Source: Parcubacteria group bacterium (lineage in GTDB: Bacteria; Patescibacteriota; Minisyncoccia; Phycocordibacterales; UBA2100). From it: a stretch of DNA of 64,000 nucleotides. The notes beneath the pieces were generated by a model. It did no database searches, was not told the DNA's origin, and worked only from the letters and a program-made list of their open reading frames with translations. Below, one piece after another: positions 18,869 through 28,991 of this stretch (position 1 is the stretch's first letter; every line of letters begins with the position of its first letter). The stretch lies in contig CALRGX010000005.1 of the NCBI GenBank assembly GCA_943358385.1, positions 2,886 through 66,885 on the forward strand, given 5' to 3'. The position numbers and the translations under genes are program-made.

Positions 18869-18897
18869 TTGGCAATACAGCCCGTGGTGCCTATAAT
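18869..18897 (+). promoter_or_regulatory. Sigma70-like promoter for groES-groEL
   Basis: TTGGCA-17 bp-TATAAT. A GCGTGCGC-containing palindrome lies between the promoter and the gene, and no CIRCE was seen. Confidence 0.55.
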
Positions 18898-18970
18898 TCA
18901 ACACGTTCTGCGTGCGCAGTGTCGCGTGCGCGGCAAACCATTTATTCGCTCAGTGTAAATACAATTTCAT

Positions 18971-19294
18971 ATGGCAAAGAAAGAAGCGAACAAGAGTGCG
19001 AAAGGAATAACTCCCTTAGGGGACCGCGTGCTCATAAGGCCGCTTGAGGCAGATACCAAAACGCCATCAGGCATTATTATTCCTGACTCAGCAAAGAAGA
19101 AGGAATCAAAGCAAGGGACGGTCATCGCATTGGGTGCTGGTAAGGTCTTGGAGAACGGCACGGTTCGCCCGATAGACGGTATTACCGTTGGTGACACGGT
19201 GTTGTATCGCCAAGGCTGGGACAACGAGGTTGAGATTGACGATGAAAAACATTACCTCATCTCTGAGAGCGACGTGCTTGCAGTAATCGCATAG
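18971..19294 (+). CDS. groES: Co-chaperonin GroES (with short N-terminal extension)
   Basis: PLGDRVLIRPLEADTKTPSGIIIPDSAK...GTVIALG. Confidence 0.85.
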   Translation: MAKKEANKSAKGITPLGDRVLIRPLEADTKTPSGIIIPDSAKKKESKQGTVIALGAGKVLENGTVRPIDGITVGDTVLYRQGWDNEVEIDDEKHYLISESDVLAVIA

Positions 19295-19354
19295 TGTTCC
19301 TGTGCGGGCACAAGCCCGTGCACTACCAACTACCAAAACTATCAACTACTACTT

Positions 19355-21013
19355 ATGGCAAATAAACAAGTTCTCTTTGGTCAGGATGTACGCGAAGCGC
19401 TGAAGCGTGGCGTGGATACGGTTGCAAATGCGGTGAAAGTTACCCTCGGGCCGCGAGGACGCAATGTGGCACTCGACAAGGCATTTGGTGGTCCACGCAT
19501 CACGAACGATGGTGTGTCGATCGCAAAAGAAATTTCTTTGAAGGATAAGTTTGCAAACATGGGCGTAGAAGTGGTGAAAGAAGTCGCCACAAAAACGAAC
19601 GACAAAGCAGGAGACGGTACCACCACTGCCGTTGTGTTGACCCAGGCAATCGTTTCAGAAGGCCTGAAGCGCGCAGCTATGGGCGCTAATGCGGTCATGA
19701 TTCGCCGCGGCATCGAGAAAGCGGCACGGGATGCCGTTGCCGAGTTGCGAAAAATGGCGAAGGAAGTGAAAGGAAAGAATGAAATTAAGCAGGTAGCTGC
19801 TATTTCTGCAGAATCGGAGGAACTGGGCGCCACGATTGCCGACACTATCGAAAAGGTGGGGAAGGATGGCGTGGTGACGGTAGAAGAATCGCAGTCGCTT
19901 GGAACAGAGATTGATTTGGTTGAAGGGATGGAATTTGATCGTGGATACGTCTCGGCCTACATGATCACCAACCCAGAGCGCATGGAAGCAGTGATGAAAG
20001 ATGCGTCAATACTTATCACCGACAAAAAGATCTCGTCAATTCAAGAGGTGCTGCCTTTCTTAGAGAAATTTCTACAGAGCGGCAAGAAAGAATTAGTTAT
20101 TATTGCTGATGATGTTGATGGCGAGGCACTCACCACTTTTGTGGTCAACAAGCTTCGAGGCGTCTTCACTGTCTTGGCGGTAAAAGCACCTGGGTATGGG
20201 GATCGCAAGAAAGAGCAGCTGCAGGATATTGCAACAACTATCGGCGCAACGGTCATTTCTGAAGAGGTGGGCCTGAAGTTCGATGCATTGGAGCTTTCAG
20301 TACTTGGACGCGCACAGCGTGTAGTTGCCACGAAAGACTCGACGTTGATTGTAGGCGGTAAGGGAAAGAAGCCTGAGATTGAAGCACGCATCGAGCAGTT
20401 GAAAAAGCAGATCGCTGTTACAGAATCTAAGTTCGATAAGGAGAAGCTGAACGAGCGCTTGGCAAAGCTTTCAGGCGGCGTTGCGGTCATCCGTGTGGGT
20501 GCGGCAACAGAAACCGAGATGAAGTACCTCAAGGATAAAATTGAGGACGCGGTGAATGCTACGAAAGCAGCTATTGCAGAAGGTATTGTTCCTGGTGGCG
20601 GCGCGGCACTCGTGAAGGTGGCCGACAAGCTCATGAAAAAGGTGGATGCGACTGCACACGATGAGTTTTCTATCGGCTACAAGATTCTGGTCCAAGCACT
20701 CTATGCACCGATGAAGCAGATTGCAAAAAATGCCGGATTCGATGACGCATCAGCAGTGGTGAAGATGGTGTCCGACAAGGGTGGAAACTGGGGTTTTGAT
20801 GCAAGTGCGGACAGCACCGAGCCAAAACTCGTCGATATGATTGAGCACGGCATCATCGATCCAGTGAAAGTAACCAGGAGTGGTGTGGAAAATGCCGCAT
20901 CAGCAGCAGCGGTACTTTTGACCACCGAAGCGGCGGTTGCAGACGAACCAGAAGATGAAAAGAGAGAGAATCATAACCACGGCATGAGCGACATGGGTGG
21001 GATGGATTACTGA
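19355..21013 (+). CDS. groL: Chaperonin GroEL
   Basis: AGDGTTTA is present, the length is 552 aa, and the C-terminus is GGM-like (GGMDY). Confidence 0.9.
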   Translation: MANKQVLFGQDVREALKRGVDTVANAVKVTLGPRGRNVALDKAFGGPRITNDGVSIAKEISLKDKFANMGVEVVKEVATKTNDKAGDGTTTAVVLTQAIVSEGLKRAAMGANAVMIRRGIEKAARDAVAELRKMAKEVKGKNEIKQVAAISAESEELGATIADTIEKVGKDGVVTVEESQSLGTEIDLVEGMEFDRGYVSAYMITNPERMEAVMKDASILITDKKISSIQEVLPFLEKFLQSGKKELVIIADDVDGEALTTFVVNKLRGVFTVLAVKAPGYGDRKKEQLQDIATTIGATVISEEVGLKFDALELSVLGRAQRVVATKDSTLIVGGKGKKPEIEARIEQLKKQIAVTESKFDKEKLNERLAKLSGGVAVIRVGAATETEMKYLKDKIEDAVNATKAAIAEGIVPGGGAALVKVADKLMKKVDATAHDEFSIGYKILVQALYAPMKQIAKNAGFDDASAVVKMVSDKGGNWGFDASADSTEPKLVDMIEHGIIDPVKVTRSGVENAASAAAVLLTTEAAVADEPEDEKRENHNHGMSDMGGMDY

Positions 21014-21127
21014 GGTAGGGAAAAGGGAGAAGTAAGAAGGGAGAAGGGGGAGTAGGTTGTAGGTGCGAGAAAAGAGGAGGTAGGTGGTAGGTGACAGGTT
21101 GTAGGTGTGAGAAAAAGGGAAAGAAAA

Positions 21128-21152
21128 CAGGCGCAACCGTTGGTTGCGCCTG
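21128..21152. terminator. Bidirectional terminator
   Basis: CAGGCGCAACC-gt-TGGTTGCGCCTG lies between groEL and the convergent 21207..21782 gene. Confidence 0.55.
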
Positions 21153-21206
21153 TTGGGTAAAAGGGAACGCCGGCACAGGGTGCCGGCGTTCGAGTTGGAC
21201 AGTTGC

Positions 21207-21782
21207 TTACGCGGTCGCGTTCTTCTTCGCGAAGAACGCGTCGCGCTTGGCTTGCGCTGCGGCGCCGAGGCTTGCCTTCGTTACGACGAGGCCGTGCTGA
21301 GACGCTACCTCGTCCTCGACAGAGATTGCCTTCACGGGGAAAGCAGTCTCGCCGTGGAGGAGGAGCGCGCTCACCAAATCGTCTTCGCTGCAGTAGGCGA
21401 TAACCGTGCTCCACCGCGTTTCGGCGAAGAGCATGGTCATGAGGCCGGCGTTGTCGTGCAAGGCCAGTTCGCGGCGGCGCGGTTCCGGGATTTCTCGCGG
21501 TTCCGTGCTGAACACGAACGTGAGCAGAGAATGCGGTTTGCCATCCTTGTTCTCGCGGTTTTGGACGAACACGTCCACCAGGCGGTGTCCCATGTTGGCC
21601 AGAAGTGCGGGCAAGTTGGCGAGCGTCGCGCCGTGCCGCTCGAAGGCGATATCACGTCCGGGCTTCGCGGCGCGGACAGTGCGTTCGGCAGTCGACTCCG
21701 TCGGCTTCCGCCGCACTCCCGTCGGGAAGACGGTGTTCGCTTCGAGCTTGAACTGAATCAATACGTCTTTCTTGCTGAGCAT
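21207..21782 (-). CDS. Hypothetical protein (GC-rich gene)
   Basis: The minus frame has protein-like composition. The overlapping plus-strand ORF 21144..21905 is Arg-rich and looks like a shadow ORF. Confidence 0.45.
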   Translation of the reverse strand: MLSKKDVLIQFKLEANTVFPTGVRRKPTESTAERTVRAAKPGRDIAFERHGATLANLPALLANMGHRLVDVFVQNRENKDGKPHSLLTFVFSTEPREIPEPRRRELALHDNAGLMTMLFAETRWSTVIAYCSEDDLVSALLLHGETAFPVKAISVEDEVASQHGLVVTKASLGAAAQAKRDAFFAKKNATA

Positions 21783-21909
21783 TGGATCTCTCCTGGTTTG
21801 CTCGTTGGACTGTTGTGTATTGTACTATGTTTCGAAGAATATGTCAATTACCGGCCAACGTGCATAAAGTCCTGCATTTGCAGGGAAATAGGCGTGCTAC
21901 CATAAAACT

Positions 21910-22914
21910 ATGCACATCGTATTCGACATTATGGAAGCTGAGGAGCGGGCGCTCTACGAAGCCGCCTTTGCAGGTCATCAATTAACATTTTTGGATACCG
22001 CTATTACTGAAGAAACCGTTGTTCCCGCAGACACCGAGCTCCTCTCGGTGTTCATTGCATCGAAAGTACCGGCAACACTTCTTGAAAAACTGCCTCAGCT
22101 GAAATTCATTACGACGCGGTCTATGGGGTACGATCACATAGATGTAAAGGCAGCACGTGCGCGTGGCGTGGCGGTTGCATCGGTCCCGAGCTACGGCGTG
22201 CGCACGGTCGCGGAATTTACTTTCGCGCTCATTTTGGCGCTGTCGCGTAAGGTGTATGACGCCTATGACCGACTGCGCTCGGAGGGGACCACTGATGTAA
22301 AAGATTTTGAGGGATTTGACTTGGCAGGACAAACTATCGGCATTGTGGGGACCGGCAACATCGGGCGAAATGTCGGGCGAATTGCAAAAGGCTTTGGTAT
22401 GCATGTGATGCTCTATGATCCGCATCACAATCACGCATTCGCACAGGAAGTGGGTGCGCACTACGTGGAGTTAGACGAATTAGTGATGAATAGCAGCATC
22501 GTCTCTATGCATGTGCCGTATATGCCTGCGACGCATCATTTGGTCAATGAGGCACTGCTGCAAAAATTTAAGCCGGGCGCGTATCTGATCAACACCTCGC
22601 GTGGTGGGATTGTGGACACCAAGGCATTGGTGATAGCTCTTACAGAGGGGCGCCTAGCAGGTGCGGGCCTCGATGTTGTGGAAGGCGAGCGAGAGCTGCT
22701 GGATGAAATGTCGCTCCTTTCAAACGAACACCACGACATCAATCAATTTCAGTCACTGGTTGCGGCACACGAGCTCCTCCACATGCCGAATGTGATACTC
22801 ACGCCGCACATTGCGTTTAACACCAAAAATGCGAAGCGTGAAATCGTGGATGTCACCGTGTGCAACATTAAAGACTTCCTTGACGGAAAACCACAGAATG
22901 TCATTCCTGCATGA
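21910..22914 (+). CDS. D-isomer-specific 2-hydroxyacid dehydrogenase (D-lactate dehydrogenase-like)
   Basis: GIVGTGNIGRNVGRIAKGFGMHVMLYDP is an NAD-binding motif, with catalytic R/E/H positions present. Confidence 0.75.
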   Translation: MHIVFDIMEAEERALYEAAFAGHQLTFLDTAITEETVVPADTELLSVFIASKVPATLLEKLPQLKFITTRSMGYDHIDVKAARARGVAVASVPSYGVRTVAEFTFALILALSRKVYDAYDRLRSEGTTDVKDFEGFDLAGQTIGIVGTGNIGRNVGRIAKGFGMHVMLYDPHHNHAFAQEVGAHYVELDELVMNSSIVSMHVPYMPATHHLVNEALLQKFKPGAYLINTSRGGIVDTKALVIALTEGRLAGAGLDVVEGERELLDEMSLLSNEHHDINQFQSLVAAHELLHMPNVILTPHIAFNTKNAKREIVDVTVCNIKDFLDGKPQNVIPA

Positions 22915-24176
22915 GTCGCCATATTCAAAATTTCGAAGAGCTAGCGCGCACTGGTGAGAGGCGAGATGTGCTTGCGTGCCTCGAAGCTGCCTACGATGCG
23001 ATTGATACTGAGAAAGTGATTCTCAAGAGTGTGCACCTAGAGGACGGGGTGCTCACCATTCTCGGGACGTCGTGGCAACTTAATGAGTATGAGCATGTAT
23101 ACATCATTGGGTTTGGAAAAGTGGCATGCAAAGCAGCGTCGGTCCTTGAAAATGTGTTGGGTGAGCGCGTGAAGGATGGGGCAGTGGTGGGGTCTGCGGA
23201 GTACAGCTGTGCAGTTATTTCTACATACAAGGGTACACACCCACTGCCGTCGCAGGCAAATTTTTTAGCCAGTGCGCACATTGGTCGGATTGGAGAAACA
23301 CTTACCGCTCGCGATTTGGTTCTGGTGGTAGTGGGCGGCGGCGGGAGCGCCATGCTGTGCGGCTCGGAAGAGGAGAAAGAACAAGGTGCGCGACTCTATA
23401 ATTCGTTCCTCGGGAGTGGTGGCACTATTGATGAGTTGAACGTGGTGCGCCGGCACATTTCCCCTTTGAAAGGTGGCGGCCTGGTGCAGATGCTTCACCC
23501 CGCCGAAGTTATTGGACTTATTTTCTCTGACGTGGTGGGAGGGCACCCTTCTACGGTTGCGTCGGGACCCACCTACTACGACGAAACAACTGCTGCTGAT
23601 GCGCAGCGCATCATCAACACGTACCAGCTGGGTAGCTACAAGCTGATAGAGACACCAAAAGAACGTTCCTACTTTGAAAAGGTAACCAACTTACTTTTGG
23701 TTTCAAATGAGACGGCTGTCGTTGCCATGGCAACCAAGGCGCGCGAGCTTGGCTATGCGACCATCATTCCACCGTGTAATCCATACGCCACGCCCGAAGA
23801 ATTGGTGCGCTGCCTCATGGGCGCAGCAACGCCGCATTCAATAGTGTGTGTGGGTGGCGAGCCGCGCCTGGCGGTGCCCGAGGGGACCGTGGGCCATGGA
23901 GGCCGAGCGACTGCCACTGCACTTTCAGCGCTTTCGTTTCTGCAAGAGCAGCACACATTTGTTGGCAGTGCATCAGATGGACACGATAACGGAGAGCATG
24001 CTGGTGCTATTGTTGATACGGCGAGCTTCAAAAAACTACACGAAGAAAAAATAGATATCGCGGCACATCTCGTTGCGTGCGATTCTGCTTCCGCACTGAC
24101 GCGTTCAAAGGATGTCTTGATGACCGGCACCGTTGAGGCAAATGTGTCGGACGTGTTTCTCCTACTTACCAAGTAA
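22911..24176 (+). CDS. Glycerate kinase, MOFRL family (glycerate 2-kinase-like)
   Basis: HPLP...LVLVVVGGGGSAMLC...ISPLKGGGL matches the DUF4147+MOFRL pattern. Confidence 0.6.
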   Translation: MSRHIQNFEELARTGERRDVLACLEAAYDAIDTEKVILKSVHLEDGVLTILGTSWQLNEYEHVYIIGFGKVACKAASVLENVLGERVKDGAVVGSAEYSCAVISTYKGTHPLPSQANFLASAHIGRIGETLTARDLVLVVVGGGGSAMLCGSEEEKEQGARLYNSFLGSGGTIDELNVVRRHISPLKGGGLVQMLHPAEVIGLIFSDVVGGHPSTVASGPTYYDETTAADAQRIINTYQLGSYKLIETPKERSYFEKVTNLLLVSNETAVVAMATKARELGYATIIPPCNPYATPEELVRCLMGAATPHSIVCVGGEPRLAVPEGTVGHGGRATATALSALSFLQEQHTFVGSASDGHDNGEHAGAIVDTASFKKLHEEKIDIAAHLVACDSASALTRSKDVLMTGTVEANVSDVFLLLTK

Positions 24177-24186
24177 CTATTATTGT

Positions 24187-25398
24187 ATGTCGGCATGCAT
24201 TGAAAACATTGAGGCGTTTCAGATTGAAGACTCGCGCAAGCGGCCGGCGTTGCGAGTGGTAGTGCGTGCGGGAGGGGGCGAAGGCTCTTTTGATGTACCG
24301 AGCGGTGCCTCTACGGGGAGTCGTGAGGCGCGTGAGCTGCGCGACCCTGATGGAGGTCTCACGAAAGCAATGCGCTGCATCACCGAAGAAATCGCGCCAG
24401 CTCTTTTCGGGCGAGATGCAGAAAAGCAGCGCCTGATAGATGAGACACTTCTGGCACTTGATGGGACCCCTTTGAAGGAGAGAATGGGTGGGAATAGTTT
24501 GATCGGTGTTTCTGTGGCGGTTGCGCGTGCTGCAGCAAGCGCGCGCGGAGTGCCACTCTCGACACACCTGCGCGAGCTTGCCGACATTCCTCGCTCGCGA
24601 CACGCGCCACACTTGTTCGTCAACCTCATTAACGGCGGCAAACATGCCGAGGGGGGTAGTTCTATTCAGGAGCATCAGATAGTCACGCTTGATGAAGATC
24701 CGCGTGTTGCGTTTGCGACCGCCGAGCGGGTGGAGCGTGCACTGCATGAATTGCTTACCGAAGAGGGGCGTCCTTTCACGATGGGCGATGAGGGTGGCGT
24801 GGTATTTCCGGTTACTGATGCATCCACTGCATTTGAGGTGCTGTTCCGTGCGGTGCAGAAAGCTGGTGCAGAGAAAGAGGTGGTGCTGGGGAGCGACATG
24901 GCGGCGTCGTCATTTTTCGGTAACGGCACCTACACGCTGTGCGGCTCATCGTACGATACAGCGCAACTGTCGGAGCAGTACCACCAATTAATACAGCGCT
25001 ACCCGCTCACCTTTATTGAAGATCCTTTTGATGAAAATGATGTGCCGGCCTTTGCGGCGTTTCAAGCAGCTCACCCTGGTGTGGTGGTCATTGGAGATGA
25101 TCTCACTACCACAACTGCATCTGCAATTACTGAAGCAGGTACCAAGGGGGCAATACAAGCGGTAATTATTAAACCGAATCAGGTTGGCACGTTGTCGGAA
25201 ACGCTTGCTGCGATGCAAGCTGCGCGTGTGGAAGGAGTACACTGCATCATGTCGCACAGAAGTGGGGAAACTATGGATGCTTTTATTGCTGACATGGCCT
25301 ATGCATACGGTACTCTTGGTCTGAAGGCAGGTGCGCCGAGTGCGCGCGAACGTGCGGTAAAATATCAGCGACTTATAGAGCTTTATGGAAACCACTAA
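24187..25398 (+). CDS. eno: Enolase
   Basis: SGASTGSREARELRD is present, the metal-binding region is conserved, and the length is about 400 aa. Confidence 0.8.
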   Translation: MSACIENIEAFQIEDSRKRPALRVVVRAGGGEGSFDVPSGASTGSREARELRDPDGGLTKAMRCITEEIAPALFGRDAEKQRLIDETLLALDGTPLKERMGGNSLIGVSVAVARAAASARGVPLSTHLRELADIPRSRHAPHLFVNLINGGKHAEGGSSIQEHQIVTLDEDPRVAFATAERVERALHELLTEEGRPFTMGDEGGVVFPVTDASTAFEVLFRAVQKAGAEKEVVLGSDMAASSFFGNGTYTLCGSSYDTAQLSEQYHQLIQRYPLTFIEDPFDENDVPAFAAFQAAHPGVVVIGDDLTTTTASAITEAGTKGAIQAVIIKPNQVGTLSETLAAMQAARVEGVHCIMSHRSGETMDAFIADMAYAYGTLGLKAGAPSARERAVKYQRLIELYGNH

Positions 25399-26197
25399 CA
25401 CCAGTTCACGAACCCAAATTGTTGCGACACTTGGCCCTGCATCAGAAAAGCCAGAGACGCTGCGCGCGATGATTGCAGCAGGCATGGATGTGGCGCGATT
25501 GAATTTGGCGTGGGGACCCGAAGAGGAGCACCGGCGATTCATTCGCGATGTGCGTGCGATGGCAGAGGAAGTGGGGAAAAAGGTCCCTATACTGTGTGAT
25601 TTGGCAGGGCCGCGCGTTCAAGAAGGTGGTGAACATCATTTTGGAGAAAAAGCAGGAAGCATTATTACGGTCAAAGACCGGGCCGACGTGGCGGTGGGTG
25701 TTTCTGCGTCGGTAGAATACTTTGCGCTGTCATATGTAGGCGGGGCTGCTGACATCGAAGAGCTTCGCCAGATATTAAAAGATACAGGAAGCACGGCGCG
25801 CATCATTGCAAAAATAGAGCGTCCTGAGGCAGTGGAACATATAGAAGGGATTATCCGCGCGGCAGACGGCATCATGGTTGCGCGAGGTGATTTAGGAAAT
25901 GCACTCCCGTTTGAGCAGGTACCTTTTGTGCAGCATCGCCTTACCATCCTGGCGCGGGCATTGGGAAAGCCAGTGATTGTGGCGACCGAGATGATGACAT
26001 CGATGATTGAAGGCGACCGTCCCTCGCGCGCGGATGTCACCGACGTGGCATTTGCGGTGGTGACGGGCGCTGATGCGGTGATGCTTTCAAATGAAACGAC
26101 AGCCGGGAAGGATCCGGTTGCCGTTATTGCGGCGATGGAAAAAATTGTATCCGAGGCTGAGAAACACAGTGTGCCTTTTGGGCACCGCGCTCTCTAA
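25385..26197 (+). CDS. pyk: Pyruvate kinase, minimal form (short B-domain region, no C-terminal domain)
   Basis: IVATLGPAS...NLAWG...LAGPRVQ...MVARGDLG...VATEMMTSMIE...MLSNETTAGKDPV are PK barrel motifs. The protein is only 270 aa. Confidence 0.6.
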   Translation: METTNTSSRTQIVATLGPASEKPETLRAMIAAGMDVARLNLAWGPEEEHRRFIRDVRAMAEEVGKKVPILCDLAGPRVQEGGEHHFGEKAGSIITVKDRADVAVGVSASVEYFALSYVGGAADIEELRQILKDTGSTARIIAKIERPEAVEHIEGIIRAADGIMVARGDLGNALPFEQVPFVQHRLTILARALGKPVIVATEMMTSMIEGDRPSRADVTDVAFAVVTGADAVMLSNETTAGKDPVAVIAAMEKIVSEAEKHSVPFGHRAL

Positions 26198-26255
26198 GAG
26201 AATCTCTAGGGTGTATCGAAAAGGGCGCAAGCATAGCTTGCGCCCTTGGATTCAT

Positions 26256-27437
26256 TCACACCGAACTAAACAGTGCCGCTGCGTGCACGCCGCCGATGCC
26301 TGACGACGTCTTGAGCAACAGCTTTTGCTCGCGGTGCAGCGGTTCACGCGGGAGGAAAATGTTTCCGCAGGCAGGGTCTTGTTCCGAAAGATAATTTCCA
26401 GGAACCGTTTCAGATACCATGCCTTGCAGACCGAGTACTAATTCCATCGCGCTCGCGGCACCGTTGCAGTGGCCGATAAGTGGCTTCACGGAGTACACAG
26501 GGGTGCCACGTGAGAGTAATCGCTCGAGCGCCTTGCCTTCGCCAATGTCTCCCGCAACAGTGCCCGGTGCATGCACATTCGCCACACTTATTTCCTGTGG
26601 CATCAGCCATGCGCGGTGCAATGCCGTCTCGATAGCGCGTTGTATGCCCGACCCCGAAGGATCGTTTGCATACGCAAAGCCATCGTTTACCGATGCGTAA
26701 CCGCGTACACGTGCAATAACGCGCGCGCGACGGGAATGGGCGTGATCGAACGTCTCCAAGACAAGTGCTGCTGCACCCTCACCAGGAATGGTGCCGTCGC
26801 GTGCGCGATCAAACGGCAGGCAGCGACTGGAAGGTGAGCACACGCCGAGTTGTGCGAATTGTTCGACGCACAGCTCGGTGAGGCTGGTTTCCACACCAAT
26901 GACAATCGCCTTCTGGATGTAGCCCAACTTCAGTTGATTGCACGCATCCATGAGCGCCTGCAGCGACCCTGTGCAAGCGCTGCTCACCATCTCGGTAACG
27001 CCCGTGATGCCGAAGTGTTTTGCTACCCAAAACGCAGGTGCCAGAGCGAGGCTCTGGATGAGTGCGTCACGGGGCAGAAGCCCTCCGATGTTGAGCGTGT
27101 GCTGATACGCGCTCTTGGTGTGGTCGGTGAAGCGTGAGCTGCCAACGAACACGCCCGTCTTGTCGCCGGATACTTCTACCAGGTCGGCGTCCCGAATGGC
27201 TGCATCTGAGACTGCTACTGCAGCTTGTACGCTGCGATCGAGCGTGCGAATTTTCGGGGGTAGATTGCTCGTATGAGCGGCAAAGTGGTCACCCAATTCG
27301 CATGTGCACGCCCGTATTCCCGTCGTTGATGTGCATGGCTTGTGGCGAGTGCGTTTTTTCAGAAGCGCGCGCCATGTCGCTTCGAGATGACCTGCTGCCG
27401 AGAGCAGGCTTGTGCCAGTAATCACTATGTCATGCAT
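26256..27437 (-). CDS. Beta-ketoacyl-[ACP] synthase (KAS I/II family)
   Basis: It starts MHDIVITGTS, has the active-site Cys context SSACTGS and the His motifs (HAPGT, GHCNGAAS), and ends SSGIGGVHAAALF. Confidence 0.7.
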   Translation of the reverse strand: MHDIVITGTSLLSAAGHLEATWRALLKKRTRHKPCTSTTGIRACTCELGDHFAAHTSNLPPKIRTLDRSVQAAVAVSDAAIRDADLVEVSGDKTGVFVGSSRFTDHTKSAYQHTLNIGGLLPRDALIQSLALAPAFWVAKHFGITGVTEMVSSACTGSLQALMDACNQLKLGYIQKAIVIGVETSLTELCVEQFAQLGVCSPSSRCLPFDRARDGTIPGEGAAALVLETFDHAHSRRARVIARVRGYASVNDGFAYANDPSGSGIQRAIETALHRAWLMPQEISVANVHAPGTVAGDIGEGKALERLLSRGTPVYSVKPLIGHCNGAASAMELVLGLQGMVSETVPGNYLSEQDPACGNIFLPREPLHREQKLLLKTSSGIGGVHAAALFSSV

Positions 27438-27513
27438 CGGAAAGCTCCGTGTAAGAGAACAACTGCGGGCAGCATGCATGGTGCCCGCAGTCGCGTCAAC
27501 GTGCAGTACCATT

Positions 27514-28365
27514 CTAGGTCGTCGACAAAGGGTTCTGTACGCGCAGTGCTCGCGAAAAATCTTCGCGCGGAACAGGGCACACATCCTTCTTGGTGTAGGA
27601 GAGTGGTTCGCCCACCAAGCCTACTACCTTGAGAAGTTGTGACGCATGTGCGGTAAATAGATAACTATGATGCCACAGGGGGAGTTTGCTTTCCTTCCAC
27701 ACACGGCGGAGGTGCCACAGTGGGAGCGACGTACAGTTCTCAGCAATCAAATCGTAGAAGACCGGTCGCTCGCGTAGTTCGTCCATGCGGGTGAGCATAT
27801 CAACCAGGACCGCACGTATGTATTCCTTTGGTACACGCATCTCAAAAATAGAAACGGCTTCATCGGTGCGGTCGCAGATGCGTGTGCGCAGCACATCTGC
27901 TTCGGTTGTAGCAATGTACATCAGCTCTACAGGGCGGAAAAGTATCTTCCAGCCAAAGACCACATCGGTGCGTTTGCGTATTTCAATGGAAATGGGTAAG
28001 CAGCGCCCATCTTTAAACTCGAATGAGAAAAATACATGTGCCGCGAGCGGCCCGAACACTGATTCGATAAACCACAGCCGTTCAACGTCATCTAGGTTGT
28101 AGGTGGCATCGTGGTGGCGCACATCGTATTCCTCACCATTGGTCCCAGGGTAATAGTGGGAATCGCGTACGTTGTGGATGGTGACGGTTTTCCCGGTAGC
28201 ATCAAAGGTGGCACCTTGCAGGGTCTCTTGGTCTTTGGTCCACTGACGGTGGTTTGAGGGGGAAAGAATGAAGTGTTTGTAGCGCTGCCACAAGGCAAGT
28301 AGCAAGAGCACCACCGAAGCACCCATGAGAAAGTTGCTTATGAATTGCAGAATGGCATATGGCAT
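27514..28365 (-). CDS. Membrane-anchored hypothetical protein (DUF4105-like?)
   Basis: It has an N-terminal TM and a conserved-looking core (WFIESVFGPLAAHVFFSF). The family assignment is tentative. Confidence 0.4.
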   Translation of the reverse strand: MPYAILQFISNFLMGASVVLLLLALWQRYKHFILSPSNHRQWTKDQETLQGATFDATGKTVTIHNVRDSHYYPGTNGEEYDVRHHDATYNLDDVERLWFIESVFGPLAAHVFFSFEFKDGRCLPISIEIRKRTDVVFGWKILFRPVELMYIATTEADVLRTRICDRTDEAVSIFEMRVPKEYIRAVLVDMLTRMDELRERPVFYDLIAENCTSLPLWHLRRVWKESKLPLWHHSYLFTAHASQLLKVVGLVGEPLSYTKKDVCPVPREDFSRALRVQNPLSTT

Positions 28366-28430
28366 CCAGGGGAGTGTAACACCAAAAAAGAGGGTTGCAT
28401 TTCATCAGCTGGAGGGTATAATTTTCTCAT

Positions 28431-28991
28431 ATGACACCACTATTTATTGTTCTTGGGATAGTTGCCGTACTAGTCGTTTGGTTTATTAGCGTCTACAACC
28501 GGTTTATCGCGCTTGCCAATCGTACGAAGGAAGCATCTTCGGATATCGAAGTGCAGCAGAAGCGTCGCTACGACCTCATTCCGAATTTGATTGAGACGGT
28601 GAAAGGGTATGCCGCACACGAAGCAGGAACACTGACGAAGGTGACCGAAATGCGCACACGCGCAATGAATGCAACGGCACCTGAAGAAAAAGCTGAAGCC
28701 GAGAATATGCTCTCTGGCGCATTGAAGTCACTGTTTGCCGTATCAGAAAATTACCCCACACTCCAGGCAAATGCGAACTTCATTGAGCTCCAGCGCGAAC
28801 TATCCGACACCGAAAACAAAATCCAGGCTGCGCGCCGCTTCTTTAACTCGGTGGTAAACGATTTGAACACGGCCCTCCAGACATTCCCGAGCAACATTGT
28901 GGGCGGTATGTTTGGCTTCAAAGAAGGAACACTGTTTGCACTTGATGCAACGGAGCAGGCGGCAAAGCAGCCCGTGAAAGTGAGCTTCTAG
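28431..28991 (+). CDS. lemA: LemA family protein
   Basis: An N-terminal TM is followed by YNRFIALANRTKEASSDIEVQQKRRYDLIPNL, the LemA signature. Confidence 0.7.
   Translation: MTPLFIVLGIVAVLVVWFISVYNRFIALANRTKEASSDIEVQQKRRYDLIPNLIETVKGYAAHEAGTLTKVTEMRTRAMNATAPEEKAEAENMLSGALKSLFAVSENYPTLQANANFIELQRELSDTENKIQAARRFFNSVVNDLNTALQTFPSNIVGGMFGFKEGTLFALDATEQAAKQPVKVSF

Noticed and set aside
21144-21905. 253-aa plus-strand ORF overlapping the 21207..21782 minus-strand gene
   Set aside because: It is extremely Arg-rich, as expected for an antisense frame in a GC-rich gene. The minus-strand frame has normal composition. Treated as a shadow ORF.
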